The notes beneath the pieces are model-generated. The model saw nothing but the letters and a program-made list of their open reading frames with translations, was not told where the DNA came from and did not search any database. DNA of 64,000 nt from assembly GCF_009914755.1 (NCBI RefSeq), contig NC_060932.1; one strand, given 5' to 3'. The first letter of the stretch is position 1; the number at the start of each line of letters is the position of its first letter. Below are positions 43,720-61,302 of the stretch, one piece after another. The position numbers and the translations under genes are program-made. Source of the DNA: the human T2T-CHM13v2.0 reference genome, Homo sapiens.

Positions 43720-44658
43720 ATATGTTCCGACGTCTTTGATACCCCTCCTTTCTAAAGGCAGAATCAGCCTTAGAGGCTCACACCCCACACATGGAATGTG
43801 GCAGAGTGACACTGTGTGACTTCAGACATGAGGCTGCAAAGAACACTGCAGCCTCCGCTGTGCTCTCTGGGATCCCTGCGTGGAGGAAGAGGCCACCCAT
43901 GAGGACACTCAGCGAAGACGTGCAGAGATGACCACGTGCCAAGAATCCAAGGCCTCCCGCCAAAGGGCAGCATCTGCCTGCCGGCAGCACAGTGCACCAT
44001 CTAGGAGATGGGTCCTCCAGCCCTAGCCGAGCCTTCGGACCACTTCACCCCAGACAACATCTAGCCTCACGCAGCCGGAACCACCTGTGGCGAAGGCTAA
44101 AATGACTCCATCTTGGATGCTGACCCGCCATGTGGACTTCCGATGAACCCTAGTTCTGGGTCCTTAGGTCAAAACAACCTTAATGTTATTGTAAACACAA
44201 AATCCTGCCCTTAAGCGAGTTACAGGCTGCGGTGCAGGTGGCATTCTTGCCTTCTCCTGAGGGTGGACCAGCAGGCGGCATTCTTGCTTCTTCCTGAGGG
44301 GTAGGCCAGTTGTCTTACACATCCTTCTGAAGCTCCCGCTCCCTTTCCCTCTGCTACCTAAGCCCTGGGTCCGCGGGTAGCAATGCATGGATCTCGCGGC
44401 CGCCCGCACCGTGGCTTCTGCTCCCATCGCACTGTTGAATGTTTCTTTCTGAGAAACAGGATTTGTCGGCCTTTTTCTTCAGCCTCTCAGCTCCCTCAGC
44501 CTTTGTGGGTAAGTGGCATAGACCTGCTCGCCACAGAGCGCCACCCAGCAGGCTTTTCTGAACAACCCACAGAAACTGCGATCGTAAATGCTTTTTGACG
44601 TTGTAAACCTCTAAGTTTCAGAGCAATTCTTTTAATGTGACAATAGATAACTAATGCA
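43720..44658 (+). mobile_element. MLT1F/G-like LTR split by an LTR47-like LTR (44086-44540)
   Basis: Inner LTR tgtggcgaaggctaaaatgactccatcttggatgc with 5-bp TSD ccacc; outer LTR ends aatagataactaatgca. Confidence 0.75.
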
Positions 44659-45969
44659 CCAGTATTGTTTTATTTTCTCTCTCCCATTTATTTTCAGCCA
44701 GCCAGAAAAAAGCAGTCTGTTTGTCGAGCTGATCCTGTAAATCTGATGTTAGTAAAAACGGGGACCCTGCCTCCCTACTGAGACCAACCCCCATCCCCAT
44801 CCTGTCCACACCCTGCACAGCTACGGCAGTGAGTTTCAATCTACGGCGGGCTTTGGAAATACTCACAGTTAAATGCCAACAATGACCACCTGTTTCCTCA
44901 GGTTGGTTTAGGAGACCGTGAAACCCTCTACTCACCTCCAATTCCCAATTAATCACACTCATGGCCGCTTGCTGTTTCTACGAACGAAAAGCCTGCATTC
45001 CAGCAGATGTGAGCGTCTCCAGAATCTCCGCTTGAGTTGCCCCAGAAACACCTAGAGCCCAGTCTCCACGCCTGCGGGGGAGCCACACTCCCCGGGCTGC
45101 TGCGGCCCCCAGGGTGCCACCTCCCTCTGCAACAGCCTTTAACAGCTCTGCAAGTTCTGTGGGGCTGTCCCACGGAGAGGTGAGGTCTGAGAAGGGAGTG
45201 GAGGCACAGGGCTCCTGCGGCCACGTCAGAAACGCCCTGCAGCTCCCACCTGACATCTTCGGAGGCTCCACGAGAGGAGACCAGCCCCATGCGGAAAAGC
45301 CCAGCACCCTGTGAGCGCCACTCTGCAGACACCATGTGTGGCGTCCAGGCAACAGCCCCGCCAGAGCTCCAGCCTCATGGGTGTCCCATCTTGGACTCAC
45401 AGCCCAGTGACTTCTGAACACACTCATATGACAGACTCAGGAAAGAATTGCCCCAAAGACCCCTCCCCGAATTCCTCACCCTAAAATATGACCAAAATAA
45501 GATGGCTGTTTTCAGCTGTAAGTTGGGGATGTGTCGCACGCCGACAGAGACAGGAGCGCCCTCCTTCCAAACCATAAACCTAGCATCGCTCGACAGCACC
45601 GAAGCCACTTCCAGACACTCTGCTGAAAGGAGTTTGGGAAACGTGTTTGGCTTTCTAGTCTCTGCGGGAGAGCAAGGTGTGCCCACAGAGGGCAGAATGG
45701 ATGTAGTGGGGCCGCCTCTGGACATCCCAGCCTCTGAGTCTCAACCAAGCCAGCACGCCGTCGCGGGCGAACCCATGCAGGGCTCCTTGCCGTCTCTGAG
45801 CTGGGACGTCCACAGCGCTAAGTGACTGAACGCGACATGACATGTGCACAGGAGGGCTCTGGAATGGCCACCTGTGTGTCTAATTCAAAAAGCTTTCATT
45901 TTACACACCCCTGACACAGTGCACCAAGAGCCTGGCTCCCAGGCTCACAGCACGTCCATGCATGGGGGG

Positions 45970-46675
45970 AGCGTGTGTACACATGCATGCATGTGATGTG
46001 CTGTGGTGTGCGTGGTGTGCCCGTGCACAAATGTGTGTGTCAGTGTGTGGGTATGATGGGCGTGCACGTTTATGTATGGTGTGTATGTGGGTGTGAGGTA
46101 GGTGTGCATGTGTGTGGTGTGTGTGGGGGTGTGAGGTAGGTGTGCATGTGTGTGGTGTGTGGGTGTGTGGTAGGTGTGCATCTGTGTGGTGTGGGTGTGT
46201 GGGTGTGATAGGTGTGCATATGTGTGGGGGTGTGTGGTAGGTGTGCATGTGTGTGGTGTGTGGGTGTGGTAGGTGTGCATGTGTGTGGTGTGTGGGTGTG
46301 GTAGGTGTGCGTGTGTGTGGGTGTGGTAGGTGTGCATGTGTGTGGTGTGTGTAGGTGTGTGGTAGGTGTGCATGTGTGTGGTGTGTGGGTGTGGTAGGTG
46401 TGCATGTGTGTGGTGTGAATGTGTGGGTGTGTGGTAGGTGTGCATGTGTGTGGTGTGTGTGGGTGTGGTAGGTGTGCATGTGTGTGGTGTGTGTGTGGTA
46501 GGTGTGCATGTGTGTGGTGTGTAGGTGTGTGGTAGGGGTGCATGTGTGTGGGGGTGTGGTAGGTGTGCATGTGTGTGCAATGTGGGTGTATGGGTGTGTG
46601 GTAGGTGTGCGTGTGTGTGTTTGGTAGGTGTGCATTTGTGTTGTGTGTCTATGCGTTTGGTAGGTATGCATTTGT

Positions 46676-46710
<35 letters not shown>
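45970..46710. repeat. GT-rich ~30-bp minisatellite (GGTAGGTGTGCATGTGTGTGGTGTGTGGGTGT) ending in (GT)n
   Basis: Seen directly. Confidence 0.95.
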
Positions 46711-46712
<2 letters not shown>

Positions 46713-46899
46713 GGATGGGTTCACAGTGCACTGGGCCTGGCCTCGTGAAACCCGTGTTTGGAATATGTGGTTCCAGTCTCATAACCTACATGGGCAACCC
46801 CACATTGTCCCGCCCCTGGCTACCGCACAAAGAGAGGTTTCTCCCGCTGCGCCTCAGGGGTGCTACTCAGCGCTTTTTCTGTCCAGGAAAGCCTCCCCA

Positions 46900-47240
46900 G
46901 CATCCACCCCACCACTCACAGCTTCCACCCACCGCCCACAGCCTCCAACCACAGCCTCCACCCACCACCCACAGCCTCTATCCACCACCCACAGTCTCCA
47001 CCCATGGCCTCTAACCACCCACAGGCTCTACCCACCACCAACAGCCTCCACCCACCACCCAGTCTCCACCCACAGCCTCCACCCACCACCCATAGCCTCC
47101 ACCCAGCCTCCACCCAGTCTCCACCCACAGCCTCCACCCACCACCCACAGCCTCCACCCACAGCCTCCACCCACCACCCACAGCCTCCACCCACCACCCA
47201 CAGCCTCCCTAGCCTCCACCCACAGCCTCCACCCACAGCA
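46900..47240. repeat. ~20-bp minisatellite (CACAGCCTCCACCCACCACC)
   Basis: Seen directly. Confidence 0.95.
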
Positions 47241-47519
47241 GCAGGTGAGCACAGGCGGGCATTCTTCCCAACCCCAGGAAACTCCAAAGAGCAGATTTGC
47301 CTTCTAGAGGAAAGGAACCCCAAGACTCCAGTTGGGGAGACTTGCTGGGCAGGCCTGGGGCCCCTGAGCAGGCCCAAGGCAGGGAGCAGCTAAGGCCTCC
47401 AAGAACAAAGCAGTGACCCTGGGCGCTCCCTGAGCAACTGGAAGCACCGGGTGTTCTGACAGCCCCCAGGAGCTGAGGAGAGGGGCAGGGCCCCAGGCCG
47501 ACCATAGCCTCCACATTCA

Positions 47520-48005
47520 TAGCACTCTTTGCTGGCCCAACCTTCCAAGATGTTTATCTTTCCATAAACAAGAAAAGAACACCTCAACTGCAACTTTAGC
47601 CTGCAACACCCGGTCCCCAAAGCTAGTCTGTTAGAATGCACACCGACAAGCTGGATTCCAAGCGGACCTTCCCAGGTGCAGAACAAAGGCCAGGTGAGAT
47701 TCCTCTGCCTACCTGAGACCAGAGGTCAGCAGGATTAACTCTTCCTTTGCCTCCCCTCATCCCCAGCAATGTTTGCCCACGGATTACTGTTGGGCACTCG
47801 TTAATGAAACCAATTTGCCTAAACGCCTGCCCCCTCTTCCTGCGCTCCTTCTCCCGGTTAAAGAAACGTGTTTATACTGAGCCCCCTACAGACCTCCTCA
47901 GAGGACACGGGCCACAGAAGCTTCTGGGCCCACATTTTTCCCGACCATGCCCTCAAGCTGTGGCTCAACAAGCTTCAGCTGATGGAGACCCCTGCTTCAG
48001 TCTCC
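47520..48005 (+). mobile_element. Probable old ERV LTR, family unassigned
   Basis: LTR-like layout ending cctcaagctgtggctcaacaagc...ttcagtc. Confidence 0.4.
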
Positions 48006-48505
48006 CAGGTTGGCCCTGGGTAAAGGATGAGAAACCCCATCAGACGTGAGAGGGATCAGACATCGAGGCTGCAGGTTTTGGGCTAAACTGACTTAGCAGG
48101 ATTCTTGCTAAAATTGAATCGTAGAGGAAAGGCACAGATGGGCCTGGGGGAAGGTTCAGAAGCTTGATTACAGATTGGCCAAGCAAACCATCCTCATCAG
48201 GTGCTGGGGGTCAGCACTGTGGGGAGAGCAGCCACAGGAAGCCTGCAGGGTCTTCCCAAGGCCAGAGCGGACCCGGAGGAGCCACCCTGAGCCATAGCAG
48301 AGCCCAGCTGGCGTGGGTGGGGGCAGGGAAAAGGGAACTGCAGGGATTCTGTGTCCCTGCAAGCAGGAAGGAAGGGGCTGGGGCTGTACTGAACCTGCAT
48401 CAACAGAGGCCAGCTCCTGCTTCAAATGCAGGGTCCTCTCCCCCTCCAATTGGCTGTGTGCCCAATGGTGTCTGGGAAGCAGGCTGCCACTCACCCTGCT
48501 GGGAG

Positions 48506-49918
<1,413 letters not shown>

Positions 49919-50453
49919 GAACGCTGACGTGGAACCCCCTGCCCTCAGCCAGCTAGCCTGCCCTGCCCTGTTCAAGCACCATGGGGCCAGGAGTGCCTGA
50001 GGGTGGAGGCAACTGGAGGCAGCTGGAGGCAACTGGAGGCAGCTGGAGGCAGGCCCTGGAGTGGTGGGCAGCCCTCCCAGCCTCCTAACCCATGCTCAGA
50101 CAGGTGACCACTGGCAGGCCCAGCTCCAGGCTAGCCCCAGGGACAGGGAGACCAGTCCCCCTCAGTGGGAGTCTGAGAGGGTGACTCTAAGATTCCCCAC
50201 CAACACCAACCACTGACTGGTGTGGAGGAAGCCCAGGGTGTGGGACCCTAGCACGGTAGGAGGTGGCCGTCAGGACCAGGAGTGTGAGGCTGGTGGGAAG
50301 AAAGGACCTTTTGCCAAATAGGAGGTGGTGTCTTCTTTAGGTATGTCAGGGTGGGAGGCTCCCACTCCATGTCTCTTGACCATCAACAACGGTAGCCCCA
50401 GATCCCCAGTGCCCAGCCAGCCTCTCTGGGACCTCTCTGTGCAGGTAAGACTT

Positions 50454-50934
50454 TGTAAACACTGAAGGGGCTCTTCCTGCCTGCTGCATAAAGAAAGACC
50501 ATGGCATTGCAATAAGGAAAGAGTTTAATAGACAAAAGGCTGGCCACGCTACAGAGATGGAGTTAGCACTCAAACAACCTCATGCAAAACTCACAGGTTA
50601 GGGGTTGTTCAAAGACAGTTTTAGGGGAAGGAGTTGGGGAGGCCAGGTAATAGGTGCTTGCTGCTGATTGCTTAGAGCAGAGATGAAATCACAGGGGGTC
50701 AACGCTGAGTCCTAAGGACTGAGTCACTTCTGGGTGGGGTCACACGAGTGGGATTGGCAGGTCCAGGTGGGTCCAGGTGGAGCCACGGTCATGCACAAAC
50801 ACTGGAAAAGATTTCTCAAAAAGCCAATCTACAATAGTGGTGTTATCTGCAGGAATAACTGGGGAAGTTGCAGATCTTATAACCTCAGAAAAAAATGGCT
50901 GACAACCCTTTCTGTCTGTGCCTTACCAGGACTC
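50454..50934 (-). mobile_element. MER66-like LTR
   Basis: tgtaaac...ctcttcctgcctgctgca...gagtttaatagaca...ctgagtcacttctgggtgggg. Confidence 0.65.
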
Positions 50935-51179
<245 letters not shown>

Positions 51180-52826
51180 TGAAGACAAATCATAGTAGGA
51201 CAAATTTATTTAAAATAATTTTTCATCTTATACTTGGCCTGAGTGTTTGCATAATGTCAGCACGAATAATTATTTGCCATATAGGCCTGTCTTAAAATTG
51301 GCTTTGCTGGAACTTTATTCTATAACGAATCCCAGATTTGACTTTTTTTAAAGCCTTGAGCCCAGCCATGATTTATTGGTGCCTGAAAATACCTATATAA
51401 ATTGGGCAATGTCCTCTCCTCAAGGTCCCAGGATAATTTGGGGCTCCTGAGCCTGTCAGAAAGTGACATTCTTTACATACTACAGGCAAGGAACTCTGTA
51501 CAGTGACTGTGTAGACAAGGGATGAGGCCAACTTCATAAGTCAGCTTTGACTCCTTAAAGCAGTCTGTTTGTATCCAAAAGTACATCCTTCCGGTCAAAG
51601 CTTTGGTAAAATAACCAGTGTCTCCAATTATGTCCTGTTACAAAAGAAAATACATTCTTATTGAACTTATGCAAATAACTATACTGCCGTAAATTAAGTA
51701 TACTTGCAAATAGTTTTCAAATTTCTACAGAAATCAGGTAGACAGAAATGTACTTCAGAGTTTACTCACAGGAGGGTACTTTACCCAGTTGTGAAAAGCT
51801 GTTGAGTGCTGCCAATGCCCCAGTGAAGAAGCTGAGGTCAACATCAGATTTGAAATATTTAAAGTGGATACAAACTTATTTCAGCAATGCAGACAATTAA
51901 GTGTGTTTTTGTGGGCAATGGTGCTGTTGGTAAAACATGTCTCCTGATATCCTACACAACAAACAAATTTCCATCAAAATATGTACCAACTGTTTTTGAC
52001 AACTATGCAGTCACTGTTATGATTGGTGGAGAAACATATACTCTTGGACTTTTTGATACTGCAGGGCAAGACGATGATGACAGATTATGACCGCTGAGTT
52101 ATCTACAAACAGATGTATTTCCAGTCTGTTTTTCAGTGGTCTCTCCATCTTCATTTGAAAATGTGAAAGGAAAGTGGGTGTCTAAGATAACTCACCACTG
52201 TCCAAAGACTCATTTCTTGCTTGTTGGGACCCTAATTCATCTCAGAGATGACCCCTCTACTATTGAGAAACTTGCCAAGAACAAACAGAAGCCCACCACT
52301 CCAGAGACTGCTGAAAAGCTGATCCGTGACCTGAAGGCTGTCAGGTATGTGGTGTGTTCTGCACTCACACAGAAAGGCCTAAGGAATGTATTTGATGAAG
52401 CAATATTGGCTTCCCTGGAGCCTCCAGAACTGAAGAAGAGCCACAGGTGTGTGCTGCTAGGAACATCTCTCCAGAGCCCTTTCTGCACAGCTGGTGTCAA
52501 CATCATACTAAAAGCAATGTTTAACTCAAACTAAAGATTAAAAATTAAAATTCGTTTTTGCAATAATGACAAATGTCCTGCACCTACCCACATGCACTCG
52601 TGTGAGACAAGGTCCATAGGTATGGCCCCCTCTTCCCCCTCCCAGTACTAGTTAATTTTGAGTAATTGCGTATTGTCAGAAAAGTGATTAGTACAAGTTT
52701 TTGTTTTGTTGCTTCAAAATTTTTTTGTTTAAAAGCAAGGCATGCTTGTGGATGACTCTGTAACAGACTAATTGGAATTGTTGAAGCTGCTCCCTGGTTC
52801 CACTCTGGAGAGTAATCTGGGAGATC

Positions 52827-52829
<3 letters not shown>

Positions 52830-52871
<42 letters not shown>
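52830..52871. repeat. (GT)n microsatellite in the retrocopy 3' UTR
   Basis: About 20 GT units. Confidence 0.95.
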
Positions 52872-52872
<1 letters not shown>

Positions 52873-53542
52873 TCCTCTTTCTTTGGGAGGAGTGTGTGTG
52901 GGGTTTATTTTTTAGTCCTTTTTTTTTTTTAATTCATTAACCAGTGGATAGCCCTTAAGGGGAGGAGGACGGATTGATTCCACATTCCACTTCCTAGATA
53001 TGGTTTAGAAAACATGTTCCCCACCTGGGGCTCTCAGGAAGGAGTATAGTAAATGCCTCATTTAATAACAGACTCCTTTTTGAAAGTTGCCTTTTCTCTC
53101 CACCTTTGAGTAGATCCAGTATTTGATGAAACTCATGAAAGTGGGTGGAGCCTGTCTTGCCCCTCCTCTTTTCTAGGACACACTATATGTGACTGTGACT
53201 TTCAAAGACATTTGTTTGCCATTTGCTGATTTTGGGGGGAAGTTAATTTCTAACTTCTTTCACTAATAAATGAAGAAAAGTATTGCACCTTTGAAATGCA
53301 CCAAATGAATTGAGTTTGTAATTAAAAATTTTTTTCCCTGTCAGTCATTGTCTCACATGCTTAGCATCGATTTGCAGCTCAGTAGTATATGGTGTTCCTA
53401 GAATGCAGCTGAAGACCTGGTATGTAGAGGAAATACCAGGGGTGGTGCTAGAAGATAGACATCTGTGGAATGATTCACATCCTTTCATTAGGAGGATAGA
53501 GGCCTTCTTCATTAAGAAGCTGGGGGTGGGGAGAACACATAA

Positions 53543-53952
<410 letters not shown>

Positions 53953-54780
53953 GGAAAGAGTCTTATGAAGACTTTTCATAAGTGTTAATAGGGATTTTAT
54001 CAGCTTATTTTGGTTGCAGTTTCCAATTTCTTAAAATGTTGAGGTAATCTTTTCCACCTTCCCAATCCTAATTCTTGTAGATTCATTAATGTTAAACCAA
54101 TGCCTTCTCATATCTCAATTTTTTGTATATGCATTCTTTTCAGATGTATTAAACAAACAAAAGCCCTTCACAAGCCAAAAAAAAAAGCTATAAACAGCTC
54201 AAAAGAAAAAAAAGGTTTTCTAGACTCTGAAAAACAAAAGAATGAGCAACATTTCAAACAAAAAAGCAATGAAAAGATTACTCCCGTCTTCCTTTAGTTC
54301 AGTCTATGTAATTGACTTCTGTTCTGCTCAATATTCAGGAACACATTAGCTGTCTGTGGGAGTCTTGGAAGTTTCTCCTCTATTCTAATGCCACAACTGC
54401 CAAAGTTCTCAGAAACTTGCCTTCAAGAGCACCTGTCAGAGTCCTATAGCTGATTATAAAACCACCTTGAAAATAAAGTAAAACAATTGTGGATGAGGAA
54501 ATCTCAGAACGGCCACAGTTAACGTCTGGTCATCTCTGTGGTACACAATAATTTCACATAACAATCCTAATTATTACTGATAACACATACTGAGATATAT
54601 CTGAATTACAGGAATCTTACACAATTTTGGAACATATACTAATAACATATTCATACAAATACAGCCCAAATAAAGCCAAATACCGTTTCATACTTGACAA
54701 TGCTTCCTGTATGATTTTACCAAATAAACCAAATATGCCTCTTTTGGACTTTTACCAGATTTTTAAAAAGGCTAACTTTA

Positions 54781-55078
<298 letters not shown>

Positions 55079-55352
55079 CTAACTTTAGAATTTGACTTTG
55101 GAAAGTTTGTCAGATATCAAAGGTTTAATCAAACATTTGATATTACAACATGAAAGTCCAGGTCACTATAAGTAAAGGGGAAAATCTTTACTCATTGACA
55201 GAGGGGAGACTCCCCTTTCCAAACAGGACCCAAAAAAGATGGCATGAGGCCAACTGAATGTCCCCTCTTTCCCTCCCTTTTTTCCTGCTGTTATTCAAAA
55301 GGCAAACAAAAATATTTCATTCTCTTTTACTATTACATCAAAATCTTGTTGA

Positions 55353-55706
<354 letters not shown>

Positions 55707-56758
55707 AAATCTGATTCTTAACAAAACCTTACAAACAAGTCTATCCAATCTTACTTTGAACATAAGACAAAATTTCCATAAATGTTTTATAATTTTCTGT
55801 TAAACAGCAGATCAGCTTGCTAAGAAAGCCCTGTTATTCAAACACACGGGCCCGGATACTGACCCTGCATCAGTGTGCTTTTATTTCAATGTTCAACCTA
55901 CGGAAAACTAAATCATCCCCTTTAAATCCTAGCCAACTTGCTCACATCCACAGAACATCCTGAACAAGATCAACCCTTCACAAACCCTTCACGACTTGCT
56001 TAAACTTTCAGTTTCGTCCCATTTCTCTGTTAGGTTAGGGCAACCCTTAAAAATCTCTGCAGCAGCAGACAAAATTACATTCTGTTTTACAAAAAAAAAA
56101 AACAAAAAAAAACACATATTTCCAAGCCTTCTTATAACCTTTTACAAAGAACACATTCTACTTCCCTTCTACACCTTGCATGTAAATCTGTTTCTCCAGT
56201 AGTCTCAAGTATGTGTTACGCTGTTAACTCTTAGCAACTTTTATTTTTGCTGAAAAACCTAGTAAGGAAGCAGTTTTCACCATGTATAAGATTGGAGAGC
56301 CCAGGCAAGGAGATTGCTGCAGATAATGTGTGACTCTTCCCAGCCTCACCAGGGGACCTAGCTAACTCCATGTGTCCCCAGGCCTTCCCTAGAATCTAAT
56401 GGCTATAAAACAGACAAGTCAAACACTTATTAAAAGTCATAGAAGCAGCTTATGGCCTTAAAGTATCTAGCAAACGGTACTAAGCATTCCTAATTTAGAC
56501 CAAATGGGTAAGCCTCCCAGCAATCATCTTTTAACAGTCTTTATTTTTCAAAGATTATCAATCACATGACCTAAAAGGCATTAAAGTTTCTATTTTCCTG
56601 ACAGCGTTTGATTTAAGCACTTGCTTTTCTTTTATCACTTAACTTTTATTTTAAGTTCAGGGGTACATGTGTAGGTTTATTATCTAGGTAAACTTGTGTC
56701 GTGGGGGTTCATTGTACAGATCATCTCATCACCCGGGTACTAAGCCCCAGCATCCACT

Positions 56759-57745
56759 TGTAGAGAAAAGAAAGAGAGATCAGACTGTTACTGTGTCTAT
56801 GTAGAAAGGTAAGACATAAGAAATTCCATTCTGACCTGTACCTTGAACAATTGCTTTGCTGAGATGCTGTTAATTTGTAACTTTGTCCCAGCCACTTTGC
56901 CCCAACTTTGAGCTCACAAAAACATGTGTTGTATGGAATCAAGGTTTAAGGGATCTAGGGCTGTGCAGGACGAGCCTTATTAACAAAATGTTTACAAGCA
57001 GTATACTTGGTAAAAGTCATCGCCATTCTCTAGTCTCAATAAACCAGGGGCACAATGCACTGCGGAAAGCCGCAGGGACCTCTGCCCTTGAAAGTGGGGT
57101 ATTGTCCAAGGTTTCTCCCCATGTGATAGTCTGAAAAGTGGCCTCGTGGGATGAGAAAGACCTGACCGTCCCCCAGCCCGACACCCGTAAAGGGTCTGTG
57201 CTGAGGTGGATTAGTAAAAGAGGAAAGCCTCTTGCAGTTGAGATAGAGGAAGGCCACTGTCTCCTGCCTGCCCCTGGGAACTGAATGTCTCGGTATAAAA
57301 CCCGATTGTACATTTGTTCAATTCTGAGACAGGAGAAAAACCGCCCTATGGCGGGAGGCGAGACATGTTGGCAGCAATGCTGCCTTGTTATTCTTTACTC
57401 CACTGAGATGTTTGGGTGGAGAGAAACATAAATCCGGCCTACGTGCACATCCAGGCATAGTACCTCCCCTTGATTCTTTTGCTCACATGTTTTTTGCTGA
57501 CCTTCTCCCTATTATCACCCTGCTCTCCTACTGCATTCCTCTTGCTGAGATAATGAAAATAACAATCAATAAAAACTGAGAGAACTCAGAGACCAGAGCC
57601 AGAGCAGTTCCTTGGTATGCTGAGTGCCGGTCTCCTGGGCCCACTATTGTTTCTCTATACTTTGTCTCTGTGTCTTCTTTTCTCAGTCTCTCATCCCACC
57701 TGACAAAAAATGCCCACAGGTGTGGAGGGGCAGGCCACCCCTTCA
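56759..57745 (+). mobile_element. Solo LTR5B-like LTR (HERV-K HML-2)
   Basis: tgtagagaaaagaaagagagatcagactg...ggggcaggccaccccttca; TATA ggtataaaa at about 57292; aataaa at about 57568. Confidence 0.92.
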
Positions 57746-58313
57746 CCCATTACTTATTTTTCCTGATCCCCTCCCTCCTCCTACCCTCCAACCTCCAATA
57801 GGCCCCAGTGTGTGCTATTCCCCTCTATGTGTCCATGTGTTCTCATCATTTAGCTCCCACTTATAAGCGAGAACATGCGGTATTTGGTGCCTGTTCCTGC
57901 CTAAGTTTGCTAAGGATGATGGCCTCTAGCTCCATCCATGTTCCTTCAAAGGATATTATCTCGTTCCTTTTTATGGCTGCATAATAATATTCCATGGTGT
58001 ATATGTACCGTATTTTCTTTATCCAGTCTACCATTGATGGGCATTAGGGTTGATTCCATGTCTTTGCTATTGTGAATAGTGCTGCAGTGAACATACACAT
58101 TTATGTATTTTTATGACAGAATACTTTACATTCCTTTACGTATATACTTGGTAATGGGATGGCTGGGTCAAATACTATTTCTGTTTTTAAGTCTTTCAGG
58201 AATTGCCAAACTGTTTTCTACAGTGGTTGAACTAATTTACATTCCCACCAACAGTGTATAAGCATTCCTTTTTCTCTACTACCTTGTCTTGTCAGCATCT
58301 GATATTTTTTGAC

Positions 58314-58611
58314 TTTTTTTGTTTGTTTGTTTGAGAGAGTTTCACTCTTGTGGCCCAGGCTGGAATGCAGTGGCATGATCTCAGCTCACTGCAAACTCCA
58401 CCTCCTGGGTTAAAATAATTCTCTTGCCTCAGTCTCCTGAGTAGCTGGGACTACAGGCACACACCACCATGCCCAACTAATTTGTGTATTTTTAGTAGAA
58501 ACAGGGTTTCTCCATGCTGGCCAGGCTGGTCTTGAACTTCTGACCTCATGATCCACCCACCTTGGCCTCCCAAAGTGCTAGGATTACAGGCGTGAGCCAC
58601 CGCACCTGGCC
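58314..58611 (-). mobile_element. AluS in L1
   Basis: Antisense Alu; TSD attttttgactt. Confidence 0.9.
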
Positions 58612-59941
58612 ATTTTTTGACTTCTTAATAATGGCCATTCTGACTAGTGTGAGATGGCATTTAATTGTGGTTTTGATTTGCATTGCTCTAACAATCAGTG
58701 ATGTTGAGCTTATTTTAATATGCTTCTTGGCCGCATGTATGCCTTATTTTGAAAAGTGTCTGTTCATGTCCTTTGCCTACTTTTTCATGGGGTTGTTTTT
58801 TTCTTGTAAAGTCATTTAAGTTCCTTATAGCTGCTGGATATTAGACCTCTGTTAAATGCATAGTTTGCAAAAACTTTCTCCCATTCTATAAGTTGTCTGT
58901 TTACTCTGCTGATAGTTTCTTTTGCTATGCAGAAGCTCTTCAGTTTAATTAGGTCCCATTTGTCAATTTTTGCTTTTGTTGCTATTGCTTTTGGTGTCTT
59001 CATCATGAAATCTTTGTCATTTCCTATGTCCAGGATGGTATTGCCTAGGTTGTCTTCCAGGGTTTTTATAGTTTGGGGTTTTACATTTAAGTCTTCAATC
59101 TATCTTGAGTTAATTTTTGTATGTGGTAAAACATAGGGGACCAATTTCATCCTTCTGCATATGGCTAGCAAGTTATCCCAGAGCCATTGATTAAATAGGT
59201 AGTTCTTTCCCCATTGCTTGTTATTATTGACTTTGTTGAAGATCAGATGGTTGCAGGTGTGTGGCCTTATTTCTGGGCTCTCTATTCTGTTCCTTTGGTC
59301 TATACAGACCATAATATGTCTGTTTTTATACCAATACCATGCTGTTTTGGTTACTGTAGCCCTGTAGTATAGTTTGAAGCTGGGTAGGATGATTCCTCCA
59401 GCTTTGTTCTTTTGCTTAGGATTGCCTTGGCTATTCAGGCTAATTTTCAGTTCCATATGAATTTTAAAGTAGTTTTTTCTAGTTCTGTGAAAAATGTTAT
59501 TGGTAGTTTAATAGGAATAGCACTGAATCTATAAATTGCTTCGGGTGATATGGCCATTTTAACAATATTGATTCCTCCTATCCATGAGCATGGAATATTG
59601 TTCCATTTGTGTCATCTCTGATTTCTTTGAGCAGTGTTTTGTAATTCTCCCTGCAGAGATCTTTCACCTCGCTGATTAGCTGAAGTCCTAGGTATTTTAT
59701 TCCTCTGTGGCAATTGTGAATGGGATTGCATTCCTGATTTACCTCTCAGCTTGACTCTTGTTGGTGTATAGGAATGCTAGTGATTTTTGCAAACTTACTT
59801 TGTATCCTGAGACTTTGCTGAAGTTGTTTATCAGCTTAAGGAGTTTTGGGCCAAGACTATGGGGTTTTCTAGATATAGGATCATTTGTCTGCAAACAGGG
59901 ATAGTTTGGCTTCCTCTCTTCCTATTTGGATGCCTTTTTAA

Positions 59942-60250
<309 letters not shown>

Positions 60251-60919
60251 AAGATGCCTTTTATTTATTTCTCTTGCCCGATTGCTCTGGCTGGGACTTC
60301 CAATACTACGTTGAACCGGAATGGTGAGAGAGAGAATTCCTATCTCATGCTGGTTTTCCAGGGGAATACTTCCAGCTTTTGGCCATTCAGTATGATGTTG
60401 GCTGTGGGTTTGTCAGAGATGCCTCTTATTATTTTGAGGTATGTTCCTTCAATATCTAGTTTATTGAGAGTTTTTAACATTAAGCGGTATTGAATTTTAT
60501 AAAAAGCTTTCTCTGACTCTATTGAGATAATTGTATGGTTTTTGTCTTTAGTTCTGTTTATGTGATGAATCACATGTGTTGATTTGTGTATGTTGAACCA
60601 ACCTTGCATGCCAGGGATAAAGCCTACTTGATCATAGTGGATAAGCTTGATGATGTGCTGCTGGATTCCATTTGCCAGTCTTTTGTTGAGGGTTTTTGTG
60701 TCGATGTTCATCGAGGATATTGGCCTGAAGTTTTTGTTGTTGTTGCTGTGTCTCTGCCAGGTTTTGGTATCAGAATGATGGTGGCTTCATAGAATGAGTT
60801 AGAGAGGAGTCTCTCCTCCTCAATTTTTTTGGAATCATTTCAGCAACAATGGTACCAGTTCTCCTTTTACATCTGATATACTTCAGCTGAGACTCCATCT
60901 GGACCTGGGCTTTTTTTGA

Positions 60920-61302
<383 letters not shown>

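Noticed and set aside
45098-45142. Plus-strand CCGPQGATSLCNSL* as a Ly6 end motif
   Set aside because: Wrong CC-to-CN spacing (8 rather than 4), with no upstream Cys pattern or partner exons.
45901-47393. Long His/Thr/Pro-rich ORFs (up to 293 aa)
   Set aside because: Translations of GT-rich and CA-rich minisatellites.
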